A stretch of 38,494 bases of DNA, taken from positions 1-38,494 of the forward strand of contig JAVYMF010000001.1 of assembly GCA_038736665.1 (NCBI GenBank). Reading direction: 5' to 3'. Below are positions 8,307 to 17,520 of this stretch, piece after piece (position 1 is the stretch's first letter; each line of letters begins with the position of its first letter). Both the position numbers and the translations under genes were made by a program. The stretch comes from an archaeon. GTDB lineage: Archaea; B1Sed10-29; JAJRYS01. The notes below the pieces were generated by a model. It was not told where the DNA came from, searched no databases, and saw nothing but the letters and a program-made list of their open reading frames with translations.

Positions 8307-9236
8307 TTATTCTTGCACGTGCTGGCGCCCGAAAATCCTAGGAATTCTTGCTTTTCCTATTATGATTATTTCTTTTTCCTCGGCTTCTTTCCGGAAAGTC
8401 TCAATGTTAGGCACGACTATGACAGTGAATTTCTTCGAGTTCGAGCGCACTCCTGTCGTCACCAGCGACGTCTTCCCGTCAAGGAAAGTGAACGAGTAAG
8501 TGAAAGGAGCGTTCTGCACGTCATTGACTGTAACCAAGTAAAGATACTCACGGTCATCCGATTCCACGGCAAAACGCGAGCCGTTCTCTGCGAACTGCGC
8601 GTACTTCTCGATTTCACCGGCTATCATTCGCGCGCTTTTCTCCAGAGGGACCAGCCTCATTCCGCCTTTCAGCGTCTTCTCGTCAATCTTCATAGGCTCA
8701 GCCAGCGCCACGAGTTTGTCCTCGATTATTTCATACTTGAGCACAGCAAAACCGATTATGCGCAGAGCCTGCCTGAACGACACGTCCTTATTCTCGTGAA
8801 TTATGATCCCCCTTGTCGTTATCTCGAACTGCCTGAAGTACTTCAAAGGCAGCACGAAAAGCACTGTGCCTTTTACAAGAGACCCTATTTTCATCAGCTC
8901 TTCCTCGCTCACGAAATCGCCTTTGAACACGCACTTAGTAAATGTCTCTTTTGAGGAGTAGCTGTCCAGCTCTGTTTTTTCAAAAGAAGAATACGGAAGC
9001 CCAGCTTCTATGAATGACAAGTGCTCCAAGTACTTCTTGCGGGCTATTTCAATTTCTTGGATGTCGGAGCTTATTTCAGCACCCTTGTGAACAAGCGCCA
9101 CGCAAGCCACTTTCGCGTTTTTTTTCTTTGCCGCTCCCGCGAGATAAAGCGCTATTGGTATTGACTTGTCGCCGACGACCAGAATGCGGTCGCCGTCCTT
9201 CGGCTTCAGCAGCTCGTAATACTTGCCGAGTTCCAT
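8307..9236 (-). CDS. Hypothetical protein (309 aa)
   Basis: Long ORF at the head of the Hsp20 gene string. ILVVGDKSIPIALYLAG hints at a degenerate Rossmann-like N-terminus. No family recognised. Confidence 0.7.
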   Translation of the reverse strand: MELGKYYELLKPKDGDRILVVGDKSIPIALYLAGAAKKKNAKVACVALVHKGAEISSDIQEIEIARKKYLEHLSFIEAGLPYSSFEKTELDSYSSKETFTKCVFKGDFVSEEELMKIGSLVKGTVLFVLPLKYFRQFEITTRGIIIHENKDVSFRQALRIIGFAVLKYEIIEDKLVALAEPMKIDEKTLKGGMRLVPLEKSARMIAGEIEKYAQFAENGSRFAVESDDREYLYLVTVNDVQNAPFTYSFTFLDGKTSLVTTGVRSNSKKFTVIVVPNIETFRKEAEEKEIIIIGKARIPRIFGRQHVQE

Positions 9237-9330
9237 AAATCGGACTTAATCAATTCTGGTTTTTAATTTATTACCAGCACCAATAGTTTTAAAAAGCCGC
9301 CTTGAGTTATCGGCTTCGGAGGTATCTTTG

Positions 9331-9570
9331 ATGACGTTCCCCATATCGCAGATGTACGGGCTCAGTATTTTTGACATTGACGGCGCGTATTTAGGAAAAG
9401 CGCACGACTTCATACTTAACATGGAAACAGGCGAGGTCGTAAGGATAACGACGGAGCAGATAAAAAGCATTTCCTCAGCGAAAGAAGACCTGGCCAAGCT
9501 GCTGCAGAAAAAAAGCATAATGTACAAGCGCGTGAAGTCCGTCAAAGACATCATAGTTGTAGGAAAATAA
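9331..9570 (+). CDS. PRC-barrel domain protein
   Basis: ISQMYGLSIFDIDGAYLGKAHDFILNMETGEVVRI shows the PRC-barrel pattern. SD GGAGGT lies at 9318-9323, 7 nt before the ATG. Confidence 0.7.
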   Translation: MTFPISQMYGLSIFDIDGAYLGKAHDFILNMETGEVVRITTEQIKSISSAKEDLAKLLQKKSIMYKRVKSVKDIIVVGK

Positions 9571-9634
9571 CCGCGCTGATGCTTTTAAAAACAAATATTT
9601 TCTGTTGCAGAGCGGATTTTCACAGCAAAAATAG

Positions 9635-10816
9635 TTATTTTATTATTTTGAGGACTTTGACCAGCGTTTCTTCGAAGCGTTCCGCGTCAGACCTGTCGTT
9701 GTACAAGTAAGTGGAAGCGCGCACGCTGCCGTTGATTTTTCTCGCGTTGAACCAAGAGTGCACGCAGTGCATTCCCGAGCGCAGCTCTACTTTTCCAATG
9801 CTGTCCATAAGCATCGCGACTTGGTGAACGTCTTTCCCGCGGAAATTAAAAGAAACAATGCTCGAGCGCTCGCGGTAGTCCGCCGGACCGATGACCTCGC
9901 CGCCGTTAGAAACCACGGCGTCTGTTATCATCTTGTTTAGTTCCGAGTCGTTCTTCTCGACGGCTTTCAGGCCAACGTGCTGCAAGTACTTCACCGCCTC
10001 GCCCAAGCCGATTATTCCGGCGTAGTCCTGCAAGCCTGCTTCGAACCGAAGGGGAATATCCTCTATAACGCGCGAGTCATAAGTAGTGTTCTTCACTGTC
10101 TCGCCGCCCACCATGAACTGAGGCAACTTTTCTAATTCTTCGTGTTTTCCGTAAAAGAATCCCGTGCCCGTCGGCCCGAGCATCTTGTGCCCTGAGGCGG
10201 CCAAGAAGTCCACGTCCATTTTTTTAACGCTTATCTCGCGGTGGGGCGCGGACTGAGCTGCGTCCAGCAGCACTTTCGCTCCGCCGTCATGCGCTATTTT
10301 TATTATTTCTTCAACAGGCAAGGTTGTTCCGTCCACGTTGGACGTGTGGACGATTGAAACGAGCTTCACGTTCTTGTTCATTTTTTCCTCGAAGTTCGAA
10401 ACGACGTCCCCGTCCGTTGAGAAATACTCGTGCTTAACGCCGCGGCGTTCGCTGAGCAGCTGCCACGGCAGCAAGTTAGAGTTGTGCTCCTTGTCAGAAG
10501 TGAGGACGGTGTCTCCCTTGCTTAGCGAGAAAGTGTTAGCCGCGAAGTTGATGGCTTCAGTCGTGTTTCGCGTGAACACTATTTCCTCAGGTTTTTTCGC
10601 GCTTATGAAGCGCGCGATAGACTTTCGGGCTTCGTCTACTTCTTTTGTCACGCGCTCGGCCAGGCTGTGGTGGCTGCGGCCTCCGCATGCGGGGTACTGC
10701 TCGTAGTACTCGTTCATTTTTCTGACGACTGCCGTCGGCTTTATTGACATGCACGCCGAGTCCAGGTATGTCACGTTTTTTATCGCGGGAAAGTCGTTCC
10801 TGTTCATTAAAATCAT
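9635..10816 (-). CDS. sufS: Cysteine desulfurase, SufS/CsdA-like class V aminotransferase
   Basis: YLDSACMSIKP; TRNTTEAINF; HTSNVDGT; PLP lysine context FLAASGHKMLGPTGTGFFYG; active-site Cys context RSGMHCVHSW. The start is set at 10816, where ATGA overlaps the upstream stop. Confidence 0.88.
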   Translation of the reverse strand: MILMNRNDFPAIKNVTYLDSACMSIKPTAVVRKMNEYYEQYPACGGRSHHSLAERVTKEVDEARKSIARFISAKKPEEIVFTRNTTEAINFAANTFSLSKGDTVLTSDKEHNSNLLPWQLLSERRGVKHEYFSTDGDVVSNFEEKMNKNVKLVSIVHTSNVDGTTLPVEEIIKIAHDGGAKVLLDAAQSAPHREISVKKMDVDFLAASGHKMLGPTGTGFFYGKHEELEKLPQFMVGGETVKNTTYDSRVIEDIPLRFEAGLQDYAGIIGLGEAVKYLQHVGLKAVEKNDSELNKMITDAVVSNGGEVIGPADYRERSSIVSFNFRGKDVHQVAMLMDSIGKVELRSGMHCVHSWFNARKINGSVRASTYLYNDRSDAERFEETLVKVLKIIK

Positions 10817-11292
10817 CCGCATTTTTTCTCGAGGCACGAGCAGTTGTAGTTGCAGTCCAGGATGTCCTGCATGGTGCAGTTCTGCATGTTGAAGTTGCAG
10901 TCGCACACTTCGCTCACGTTCGACGAGGGCGTTATTCCACCTTTTCCTGTTATGGCGCAGAACGCGTTCGGATCAGGGCCGTTGCAGTTGTTATAGACTA
11001 TTATGTTGTAGACAGACTGCGCCGCGAATATTGTGCTGATTAAGGTTATGATTATGAGTGCCCAAGAGAACGCCGTGAAGTGAGAGTACACGAGTTTCGC
11101 GGCTTTCGGGGACGTTTTGGCGAGCTTTCCAGTGATTTTCGCCTTCATTTTTTCGTCGAAGCCCGTGTCGCACGGCTTGAGCACTGCCGTTCGCAGTACG
11201 CACGCGAGAGCTTCTCGCGCCAGCGAGCGGTAGTAAGCACTGAACACTCCCATTATTCCGAAAATTACGAGAGCGATTATGCAGAAAACCAT
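10813..11292 (-). CDS. Uncharacterised two-TM protein with a cysteine-rich C-terminal domain
   Basis: TM1 is FCIIALVIFGIMGVFSAYY. It is followed by a K/R-rich loop containing ACVLRTAVLKPCDTGF, then TM2 FSWALIIITLISTIFAA. The C-terminal tail NNCNGPDPNAFC...VCDCNFNMQNCTMQDILDCNYNCSCLEKKCG carries 11 Cys. Confidence 0.75.
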   Translation of the reverse strand: MVFCIIALVIFGIMGVFSAYYRSLAREALACVLRTAVLKPCDTGFDEKMKAKITGKLAKTSPKAAKLVYSHFTAFSWALIIITLISTIFAAQSVYNIIVYNNCNGPDPNAFCAITGKGGITPSSNVSEVCDCNFNMQNCTMQDILDCNYNCSCLEKKCG

Positions 11293-11298
11293 TTCAAT

Positions 11299-11772
11299 TC
11301 ACAGGAGCTTGTTTATGTACTCGCGCAAGTACGCTTCTTCGGCAGCGGTGTCGTTCTTTGACTCGAAAGAGTTGCCTATCCTGTAGTATTTGCAGCCAAG
11401 CACGAACGTCGGGACAGTGTGGCTGGGGTTATATTTTTCATACCTTCCCAGCTCGTTTTGTGGAACGGAAGTTTCCACGGCTGCTGTGAGGGTGTCATCT
11501 CCAGTGTCGAACTGCCAGTGATGGGCGATTATCGAGCCGTTTGCCTCGTATTCTTTTGCGACGCGGTCAAAAACGCTCTTCGCCCAGTTGCAGTGTGGGC
11601 ACGTTGTCGTCGAGTACATTGCGACGACGGGTTTTCCGTTTTCAGTGCACAACTCGTCGCCAGTTGCCTTGAACGCGTTCGAAGGCCCGCTGTGGTTGCT
11701 CATTGAAAATGCTCCTAGCATTATGGCTGCGAGCACAACTATCATCCCGAACAAAATCATTTTGTTGCTCAT
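11299..11772 (-). CDS. Membrane-anchored thioredoxin-fold thiol:disulfide oxidoreductase
   Basis: N-terminal anchor is MILFGMIVVLAAIMLGAF. The active site is TCPHCNW (CxxC), and a cis-Pro motif is HTVPTFVLG. Confidence 0.8.
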   Translation of the reverse strand: MSNKMILFGMIVVLAAIMLGAFSMSNHSGPSNAFKATGDELCTENGKPVVAMYSTTTCPHCNWAKSVFDRVAKEYEANGSIIAHHWQFDTGDDTLTAAVETSVPQNELGRYEKYNPSHTVPTFVLGCKYYRIGNSFESKNDTAAEEAYLREYINKLL

Positions 11773-11835
11773 TAGATCACGCTTTTATAGGCTCGTTTTT
11801 TGTTTAAAATGCTTTGGATTAAGTAAGCTTAATAA

Positions 11836-13140
11836 CTAACTTTCCAGCACTTTTTTCAATGCTTTTTCAAGAGAGCCGTTTTCCTTGAGCTCGTACTTAA
11901 CGCGTATCACTGGCTTGTTCACGCGGATTATTCTCGCCAAGTCTATCGGCGTCCCGCTTATCACGGCGTCCGCGGGCATGCGGTTGATAGTTGCTTCAAG
12001 CTCGCGCAGCTGCTTTGGATAATATCCCATCGCAGGTAGGACTTCGCTTACGTTAGGGTATTGCTCGTAGACTCTTTTCAGAGAGCCGACCGCGAAGTTC
12101 TTCGCGGGGATGACGTGGCAACGCAGGCGCTCGGCGATGACGTAGCCCGCGCCGAACGACATTCCTCCGTGGGTCAGCGTCGGGCCGTCTTCTACCACGC
12201 ACACGCGGCGGCCTGCGACGGAGCGCGGATTGGATACTGTTATTTCAGAAGAAGCCGTGATTATTTTCGCTTCCGGGTTTATCATTGAAATGTTTTTTGC
12301 GATTTTTTCGGAGTTTTCTTTGCCGGAGATGTTTGTTTTGTTTATTAAGATGATGTCTGCCATGCGCGCGTTCGTTTCCCCGGGGTGATACAGCAGCTCG
12401 TGGCCGGGCCTTAAAGCGTCGGCTACGGTTATCATCAGCGACGGCTTGAAGAACGGAGTGTCGTTGTTCCCCCCGTCCCAGATGATGACGTCGGCCTCGC
12501 GTTCCGCGCGCCTGAGTATTCTTTCATAGTCGACGCCGGCGTATACGACGATGCCCCGCGAAATTAATGGCTCGTACTCCTCGCGCTCTTCAATGGTGCA
12601 TTTGGCTTTCGTGAGGTCGTCATACGTTTCAAAGCGCTGGACCGATTGCTCAGCAAGATCGCCGTAGGGCATAGGGTGGCGGACGGCTACGACGCGTTTT
12701 TTCATTTTTTTGAGAATGTCCGCGACGTAGCGCGTCGTCTGCGATTTTCCGGCGCCCGTGCGCACTGCGCAGACGGCAATCACTGGTTTTTTGCTTTTCA
12801 GCATTGTCGAGCGCGTTCCAAGAAGCCAGAAGTCGGCGCCGTTCGCGTTTGCTATTGACGCTTTGTGCATTACTTCTTCGTGCGGCAGGTCCGAATATGA
12901 TAGGACGCACACGTCTGCTTTCAGTTTTTTAATTAATTCCGGCAGCTCTTTTTCCTCGTATATTTTTATGCCTTTAGGGTAGCGTTTTCCTGCGAGCGAT
13001 TTCGGGTATTTTCGTCCGGCTATTTCAGGGATTTGCGTTGCCGTGAACCCGACCACCTTGTACTGTGGGTTGTTCTTGAAGAAAACGTTGAAATTATGGA
13101 AGTCTCGCCCGGCTGCCCCGAGGATTATGGCGTTTCGCAT
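11836..13140 (-). CDS. COG2403-type predicted GTPase / cyclic 2,3-diphosphoglycerate synthetase-like protein
   Basis: ILGAAGRDFHNFNVFF..TATQIPEIAGRKYP..YSDL..VMH; P-loop AVRTGAGKSQTT; RHPMPYGDL; CTIEEREEYEP; YAGVDYERIL; IIWDGGNNDTPF. These strings are characteristic of this family as I recall it. Confidence 0.75.
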   Translation of the reverse strand: MRNAIILGAAGRDFHNFNVFFKNNPQYKVVGFTATQIPEIAGRKYPKSLAGKRYPKGIKIYEEKELPELIKKLKADVCVLSYSDLPHEEVMHKASIANANGADFWLLGTRSTMLKSKKPVIAVCAVRTGAGKSQTTRYVADILKKMKKRVVAVRHPMPYGDLAEQSVQRFETYDDLTKAKCTIEEREEYEPLISRGIVVYAGVDYERILRRAEREADVIIWDGGNNDTPFFKPSLMITVADALRPGHELLYHPGETNARMADIILINKTNISGKENSEKIAKNISMINPEAKIITASSEITVSNPRSVAGRRVCVVEDGPTLTHGGMSFGAGYVIAERLRCHVIPAKNFAVGSLKRVYEQYPNVSEVLPAMGYYPKQLRELEATINRMPADAVISGTPIDLARIIRVNKPVIRVKYELKENGSLEKALKKVLES

Positions 13141-13161
13141 GAAAAATAAGAAGAGGCTGGG

Positions 13162-13512
13162 TTATTTATGGCTTTTTGTTGTTTTTTTGCTGTTGCTGTT
13201 CTTGAGTATGTCGCGCCATTCAGAGTGCGCTATGTCGTGCACGTTTTCCTCGATTTTCCGTAGCTCGTCCTTGGTGCATTTGTAGCATTTCCCTGTGGTC
13301 GCGGTTGTCTTTATGCACATTATGCATGTGTCTATGGATTTTTCCACCGCTTCAGCGGCTTTTGCCTGTTTTTTTTGTATAAGCCGCGACTCGAGCCCCG
13401 CGAGGCCGGCTATCATTGAATAAGCGTGTATCCTCTGGTGGTTCACGTTCGTCAAATAGCACGCTTCAGCCTGGTGGACCAGTGCGTGCGTGAGTTCCTC
13501 GAACTCGTTCAT
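13162..13512 (-). CDS. Hypothetical protein with CxxC-x9-CxxC knuckles (116 aa from ATG 13512)
   Basis: MNEFEELTHALVHQAEACYL...DTCIMCIKTTATTGKCYKCTKDE. The track start at 13569 would overrun the shared promoter region. Confidence 0.6.
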   Translation of the reverse strand: MNEFEELTHALVHQAEACYLTNVNHQRIHAYSMIAGLAGLESRLIQKKQAKAAEAVEKSIDTCIMCIKTTATTGKCYKCTKDELRKIEENVHDIAHSEWRDILKNSNSKKTTKSHK

Positions 13513-13533
13513 AATTATACGTGCGCGTTTGTT

Positions 13534-13545
13534 GTATTTAAATAC
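13534..13545. promoter_or_regulatory. Perfect palindromic TATA-like element GTATTTAAATAC in a divergent intergenic region
   Basis: The element is its own reverse complement. It lies 22-33 nt from the minus-strand ATG at 13512 and 42 nt from the plus-strand ATG at 13587. Confidence 0.3.
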
Positions 13546-13586
13546 TATCTTGCATTCAATAATTAGCAAAAAATCTCAGTGTTCGG

Positions 13587-14759
13587 ATGAAAGTTAATTT
13601 TGTCAATTCTTTCTTTTACCCGTTCAGAGGCGGCACTGAAAACTACATGCTTGACCTCGCCAAGTACTTAGTGAGCCGCGGGCACGAAGTCAGCGTGATA
13701 GCTTCGCGCGAGCCTGGTCAGGAAGATTACTCGCGCGAGTTCGGCATTGACGTACACCGCGTTCCTTCTGTTGTTTTTTACAAGCTGCCTTCTTTCCTGC
13801 CGCCGCCTTACTCGCAGCCGTTATGCTTTTCTTACACAGGCTACCGATTGCTGAAAAAAATCAGTCCAGACTGCATTCACGTGCATTCCCGCTACTTTCC
13901 AGGGTTTTACCCGGTGATTCTGCACAAGAGATTGCTGCACAAGCCAATGTTCCTCACCATCCACAACTCGAAGCCTGAAGACATTAACTGGCAAACGAAC
14001 TTTTTCGGGCGCGCGTACGACGACTTCATCGGCAATGTTTTAATGCGCTCGTGCGACTTCATTTTCGGAAACTCCCAGTACTCGCTGGATGTTACTCTGC
14101 CGCCTGATTACGACAAGAGCCGCTCAGGCGTGGCGTACAACGGAATATACACAGACGTATGGAAGAAGAAAAAAACACCTCTAAAAGACGACTTTGGCTG
14201 CGAATACCTGCTCCTGTCGGACGCGCGACTAGTGCCGCAGAAAGGCATGGAATACCTGATAAAGGCGGTCAGCGGAATCAGCGAAGACTTTCATCTAGTC
14301 ATCAAAGGGCGTTTCGAGGCGAGCGGCTACGGCTACGAGAAAATGATAAGAGCAATGATAAAAAAACAAAAACTCAGCGACCGAATAACCATAATACCAC
14401 AGAGGTTAAGCGAAGAAGAAATGATAACACTGTACTCGGCGGCCGACCAGTTCGTGCTCCCTTCTTTGCACGAGCCTTTCGGAATAGTCTTAATACAGGC
14501 GATGGCAACCGAAACGCCGATAATCGCGACGAACGTCGGAGGCATCCCTGAAGTAGTCGCTGACACAGCGATAACCGTGCCGTCCAGAAACGCAGTTGCT
14601 ATTCGCGAAGGAATACTGTCTTACATGCGCGACAAAAACCTGGCCAGGAAGAACGCGAAACGCGCCCGCGAGCGCGTCGTGAAGCGCTTTGACTGGAAAG
14701 TAGTCGGGCGCGACGTCGAGCGCGTTTACGAACGCTTTTATAACGGAAAAAACAGATGA
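13587..14759 (+). CDS. Glycosyltransferase family 4 (GT-B fold)
   Basis: N-terminus FYPFRGGTENYMLDLAKYLVSRGHEV. C-terminal motif PSLHEPFGIVLIQAMATETPIIATNVGGIPEVV (E-x7-E type). Confidence 0.88.
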   Translation: MKVNFVNSFFYPFRGGTENYMLDLAKYLVSRGHEVSVIASREPGQEDYSREFGIDVHRVPSVVFYKLPSFLPPPYSQPLCFSYTGYRLLKKISPDCIHVHSRYFPGFYPVILHKRLLHKPMFLTIHNSKPEDINWQTNFFGRAYDDFIGNVLMRSCDFIFGNSQYSLDVTLPPDYDKSRSGVAYNGIYTDVWKKKKTPLKDDFGCEYLLLSDARLVPQKGMEYLIKAVSGISEDFHLVIKGRFEASGYGYEKMIRAMIKKQKLSDRITIIPQRLSEEEMITLYSAADQFVLPSLHEPFGIVLIQAMATETPIIATNVGGIPEVVADTAITVPSRNAVAIREGILSYMRDKNLARKNAKRARERVVKRFDWKVVGRDVERVYERFYNGKNR

Positions 14760-14766
14760 TTTCCGT

Positions 14767-15810
14767 ATGAAGATAGGCTTATTCACTGACACTTTCGAGC
14801 AGCCGAACGGCGTGGCAGAGCACGTCAAGAACATCGCGGAGCGCTTCTCGGAAAATCACGACGTCATCGTTTACACTGGCTCAGGATCCTCATCGTCGTA
14901 CAAAGTCATAAACCTGCCTCATTACTCTTTCCCCTTGCAGGGCGAGTATGAGTACATCTCCACGCGCGAGTGCGTCGTTGACGAAGACATTGACGTCGCG
15001 CATGCGCACTCTCCTTACTGCACTCACCGCCTCGCGTTCAGGACGCGAAAGCCCGTCGTCACGACCACTCACACGATTCCCCAGCACATGCTTGACTACC
15101 TTCACCTGCGCTTTCTAACACCGCTTGCTTGGAGGTACTTGATTAGGATACACAACCGCTCAGATCATGTGATTTGCCAGACTGAGTCCACGAAGCGCTT
15201 GTTTTTGGAGAGGGGTTTGAAAAAGCCCGCGAGCGTTATCTCGGCAGGAGTCGACGTCTCTCGTTTTCAGAAAGGCGATCCTAAAAAGTTCAGGGAAAAA
15301 TACGGTATTGACGGGGATTTCGTGCTAAGCACGAGCAGGCTCAGCCCAGAGAAGCGCGTTGACTGGACATTGAAGGCCTGCGAAGAACTAGGCATTCAGT
15401 GCGTGGCGACTTCGACTGGCCCTTTGCTTAAAAAGCTGAGAAAAGATTATCCCAGTGTGAAGTTCTTGGGCCGCATCCCGTTCAAAGAAATCTGCGACGC
15501 TTATTCCGCAGCTAGGATTCTTTCAATATCCTCGAGAGTGGAGACAGAAGGAGTAGTTGTCAACGAGGCGATGGCTTCAAAGCTCCCGTTACTTGCGCCG
15601 CGCTTGCCGTGCATCGCTGATTCCATCTCGGACGGCGAGAACGGTTTGCTGTTCGTCACTTACGATGAACTTAAGTCGAAGATGAAAATGCTTTGGGATG
15701 ACGGAAAGCTAAGAAAAAAATTGTCTTCACGAGCGTTCAAAGACGTGAAACAAAAAGACTATTCCATCGTCACCAAGAAGCTACTTGAGGTTTACGAGTC
15801 GCTCGTATAG
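14767..15810 (+). CDS. Glycosyltransferase family 4
   Basis: MKIGLFTDTFEQPNGVAEHV...; SRLSPEKRVD; SSRVETEGVVVNEAMASKLPLLAPRLPCIADSISDGENGLLF. Confidence 0.85.
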   Translation: MKIGLFTDTFEQPNGVAEHVKNIAERFSENHDVIVYTGSGSSSSYKVINLPHYSFPLQGEYEYISTRECVVDEDIDVAHAHSPYCTHRLAFRTRKPVVTTTHTIPQHMLDYLHLRFLTPLAWRYLIRIHNRSDHVICQTESTKRLFLERGLKKPASVISAGVDVSRFQKGDPKKFREKYGIDGDFVLSTSRLSPEKRVDWTLKACEELGIQCVATSTGPLLKKLRKDYPSVKFLGRIPFKEICDAYSAARILSISSRVETEGVVVNEAMASKLPLLAPRLPCIADSISDGENGLLFVTYDELKSKMKMLWDDGKLRKKLSSRAFKDVKQKDYSIVTKKLLEVYESLV

Positions 15811-16878
15811 CTCCTCGTACTTTTCAATAGTCCTATCTATTGAATGTTCAACAGCGTGCTTTCTCGCGTTTTTCCTCATAGAACTGAAGTCATTGCTTTT
15901 TATCACGCTTGCTAACCCACGGTAGTCGTTTGGCTTGAACAAGAAACCGTTTTTCCCAACGCGGATGCTTTCAGGCACCGCCATGCCGTCAGCTCCCACG
16001 ACGGGCGTTCCGCAGGCCATGGCTTCAAGCACGACGAGCCCCAGCGTTTCAGTGTCGGACGCCGTGATGAACACGTCGGCAGCCGAGTAATACAGGCTTT
16101 TTTTCTCCTCAGGCACGTAGCCTAAAAAGCGCACTTTGCTGCTTAAACTTAATTTTTCCGCGAGTTCCTTCAAGTAATCAGAAGCAGGGCCTTTTCCGGC
16201 TATCAAGAGAACGTCATCATTCCCTAAGAACTCTTTCGCGGCTTTTATCACGACGTCTATTTTTTTCTCGAAGCCTAGCCGCCCTAAGTAAAGATAAACG
16301 TTCTCGTAGTCCAGGCCGAGCTTTTTTCTCGCGTTCGGGACAGGCCGCAGGGCGTTTGTGTCAACGCCCGTAGGTATAAGCTCGCATTTTTCCTGCAGCT
16401 CTTTCGTCATGGTTTTTTTAACAGCGTTGCTCAGCACTATTATTGAGTCGTATTTTTTGTAATGGTAATTAATGTATTTTCTCGCGATTTTTGCCGTGTG
16501 CCTTTTGCCGTATTTTGAGATGTAGTGCGTGTACTCGCTGATGAGCGTGTGGTACGTGGTGACGCTCGGTATTCCCTGCTTTTTGGCGACGCGCAGCCCG
16601 AACAAACCCATCGAGAAAGGCCCGTGCGTGTGCGCGACATCCAATCGCGGGACTTTCATGTTTATCGGCAGCGCTATCTTGTAGTCAGGGTAGGGCTTGA
16701 AAGTTATGGCTGGGCAAGAGTGAACCAGCATTCCCAAATTCGTTTTTATATCTGTTTTCGGCGCGAAAACGTGCAAGTCATGCCCGCGCTCGGCGAGCCG
16801 CGAGCCCACCATGTCCAGCGTAGTCACGACGCCGTTCGTCTGCGGGTGGTATGTTTCAGTGAAGTTGCCTATTCTCAT
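15781..16878 (-). CDS. Glycosyltransferase family 4
   Basis: MRIGNFTETYHPQTNGVV...; GRLGFEKKID; ASDTETLGLVVLEAMACGTPVVGADGMAVPESIRVGKNGFLF. ATG at 16878 is preferred over GTG at 16887. It converges on the previous gene with a 30-nt overlap. Confidence 0.88.
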   Translation of the reverse strand: MRIGNFTETYHPQTNGVVTTLDMVGSRLAERGHDLHVFAPKTDIKTNLGMLVHSCPAITFKPYPDYKIALPINMKVPRLDVAHTHGPFSMGLFGLRVAKKQGIPSVTTYHTLISEYTHYISKYGKRHTAKIARKYINYHYKKYDSIIVLSNAVKKTMTKELQEKCELIPTGVDTNALRPVPNARKKLGLDYENVYLYLGRLGFEKKIDVVIKAAKEFLGNDDVLLIAGKGPASDYLKELAEKLSLSSKVRFLGYVPEEKKSLYYSAADVFITASDTETLGLVVLEAMACGTPVVGADGMAVPESIRVGKNGFLFKPNDYRGLASVIKSNDFSSMRKNARKHAVEHSIDRTIEKYEELYERLVNLK

Positions 16879-16968
16879 TCTAATCACTCTTTGCTTTTTT
16901 ATCAGTTTTTATGTACTCTTTACCTATTATCTGTTTGCTGTTTTTATCTTCATCTTTTACAAGTTTTT

Positions 16969-17520
16969 TTATAAAAATTGAAGTTGTTGAATTTTTTTCT
17001 TAAGGTCAGTGAAACTCTTTATTCCTAAAGACCACGAGTCAAGACCTTTGTCAAGGACTATGTAACCAGAGGGGTTTGACAACTTGCCCTCTTTTCTTCT
17101 GAAATGAATTGTGGAGTTTATTGCGTCGATGATGTACCAGTTGTTATTAGCGAAAACTTCAGCCCAAACATGACCTTCAAGAGAGGCATCAGATTTGTCT
17201 AACCATTTCATACTGATGCCTTCGACGTACTTTGTTGGTATGCCTTTTGCGCGCGCCAACGCGATGAAAGCAAGCGCGAAGTCAGAGCAGCCCGTTCCGA
17301 AGCCGTCTTTTATTATTTTCTCAGCAGTGCGTTTCCTGAAAACTCTGCTTTTTATTTTCTTGTCATTCTCTAGTTTGACGGTCTCAAGCAGCCATTCTAC
17401 TATTGAGACACAAGTATTAAGGTTATTGCCTTTGAATTTTTCGGCTATCTTTTTTATGTAAGGTGTTGCTTTTGTCTGATCACCTTCTTTCAGCCAATCT
17501 TCATGCACGAGAGTCACCAT
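16969..17520 (-). CDS. Transglutaminase-like cysteine protease-fold protein
   Basis: GTGCSDFALAFIALARAKGIPTKYVEG...GHVWAEVFANNNWYIIDA provides the Cys-His-Asp triad context of the transglutaminase core. Confidence 0.8.
   Translation of the reverse strand: MVTLVHEDWLKEGDQTKATPYIKKIAEKFKGNNLNTCVSIVEWLLETVKLENDKKIKSRVFRKRTAEKIIKDGFGTGCSDFALAFIALARAKGIPTKYVEGISMKWLDKSDASLEGHVWAEVFANNNWYIIDAINSTIHFRRKEGKLSNPSGYIVLDKGLDSWSLGIKSFTDLKKKIQQLQFL

Noticed and set aside
8313-8954. 213-aa + ORF, and similar long antisense ORFs (e.g. 26411..26824, 14159..14551, 2854..3288, 29600..30100)
   Set aside because: Each lies wholly inside a better-supported gene on the other strand or in another frame. Their composition is skewed (Arg/Ser/His-rich) and they have no motifs.
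10817-10906. N-terminal extension of the SufS ORF (MRLQLQHAELHH..)
   Set aside because: It overlaps the 3' end of the upstream Cys-rich gene. The ATGA overlap at 10813-10816 gives a normal SufS N-terminus.
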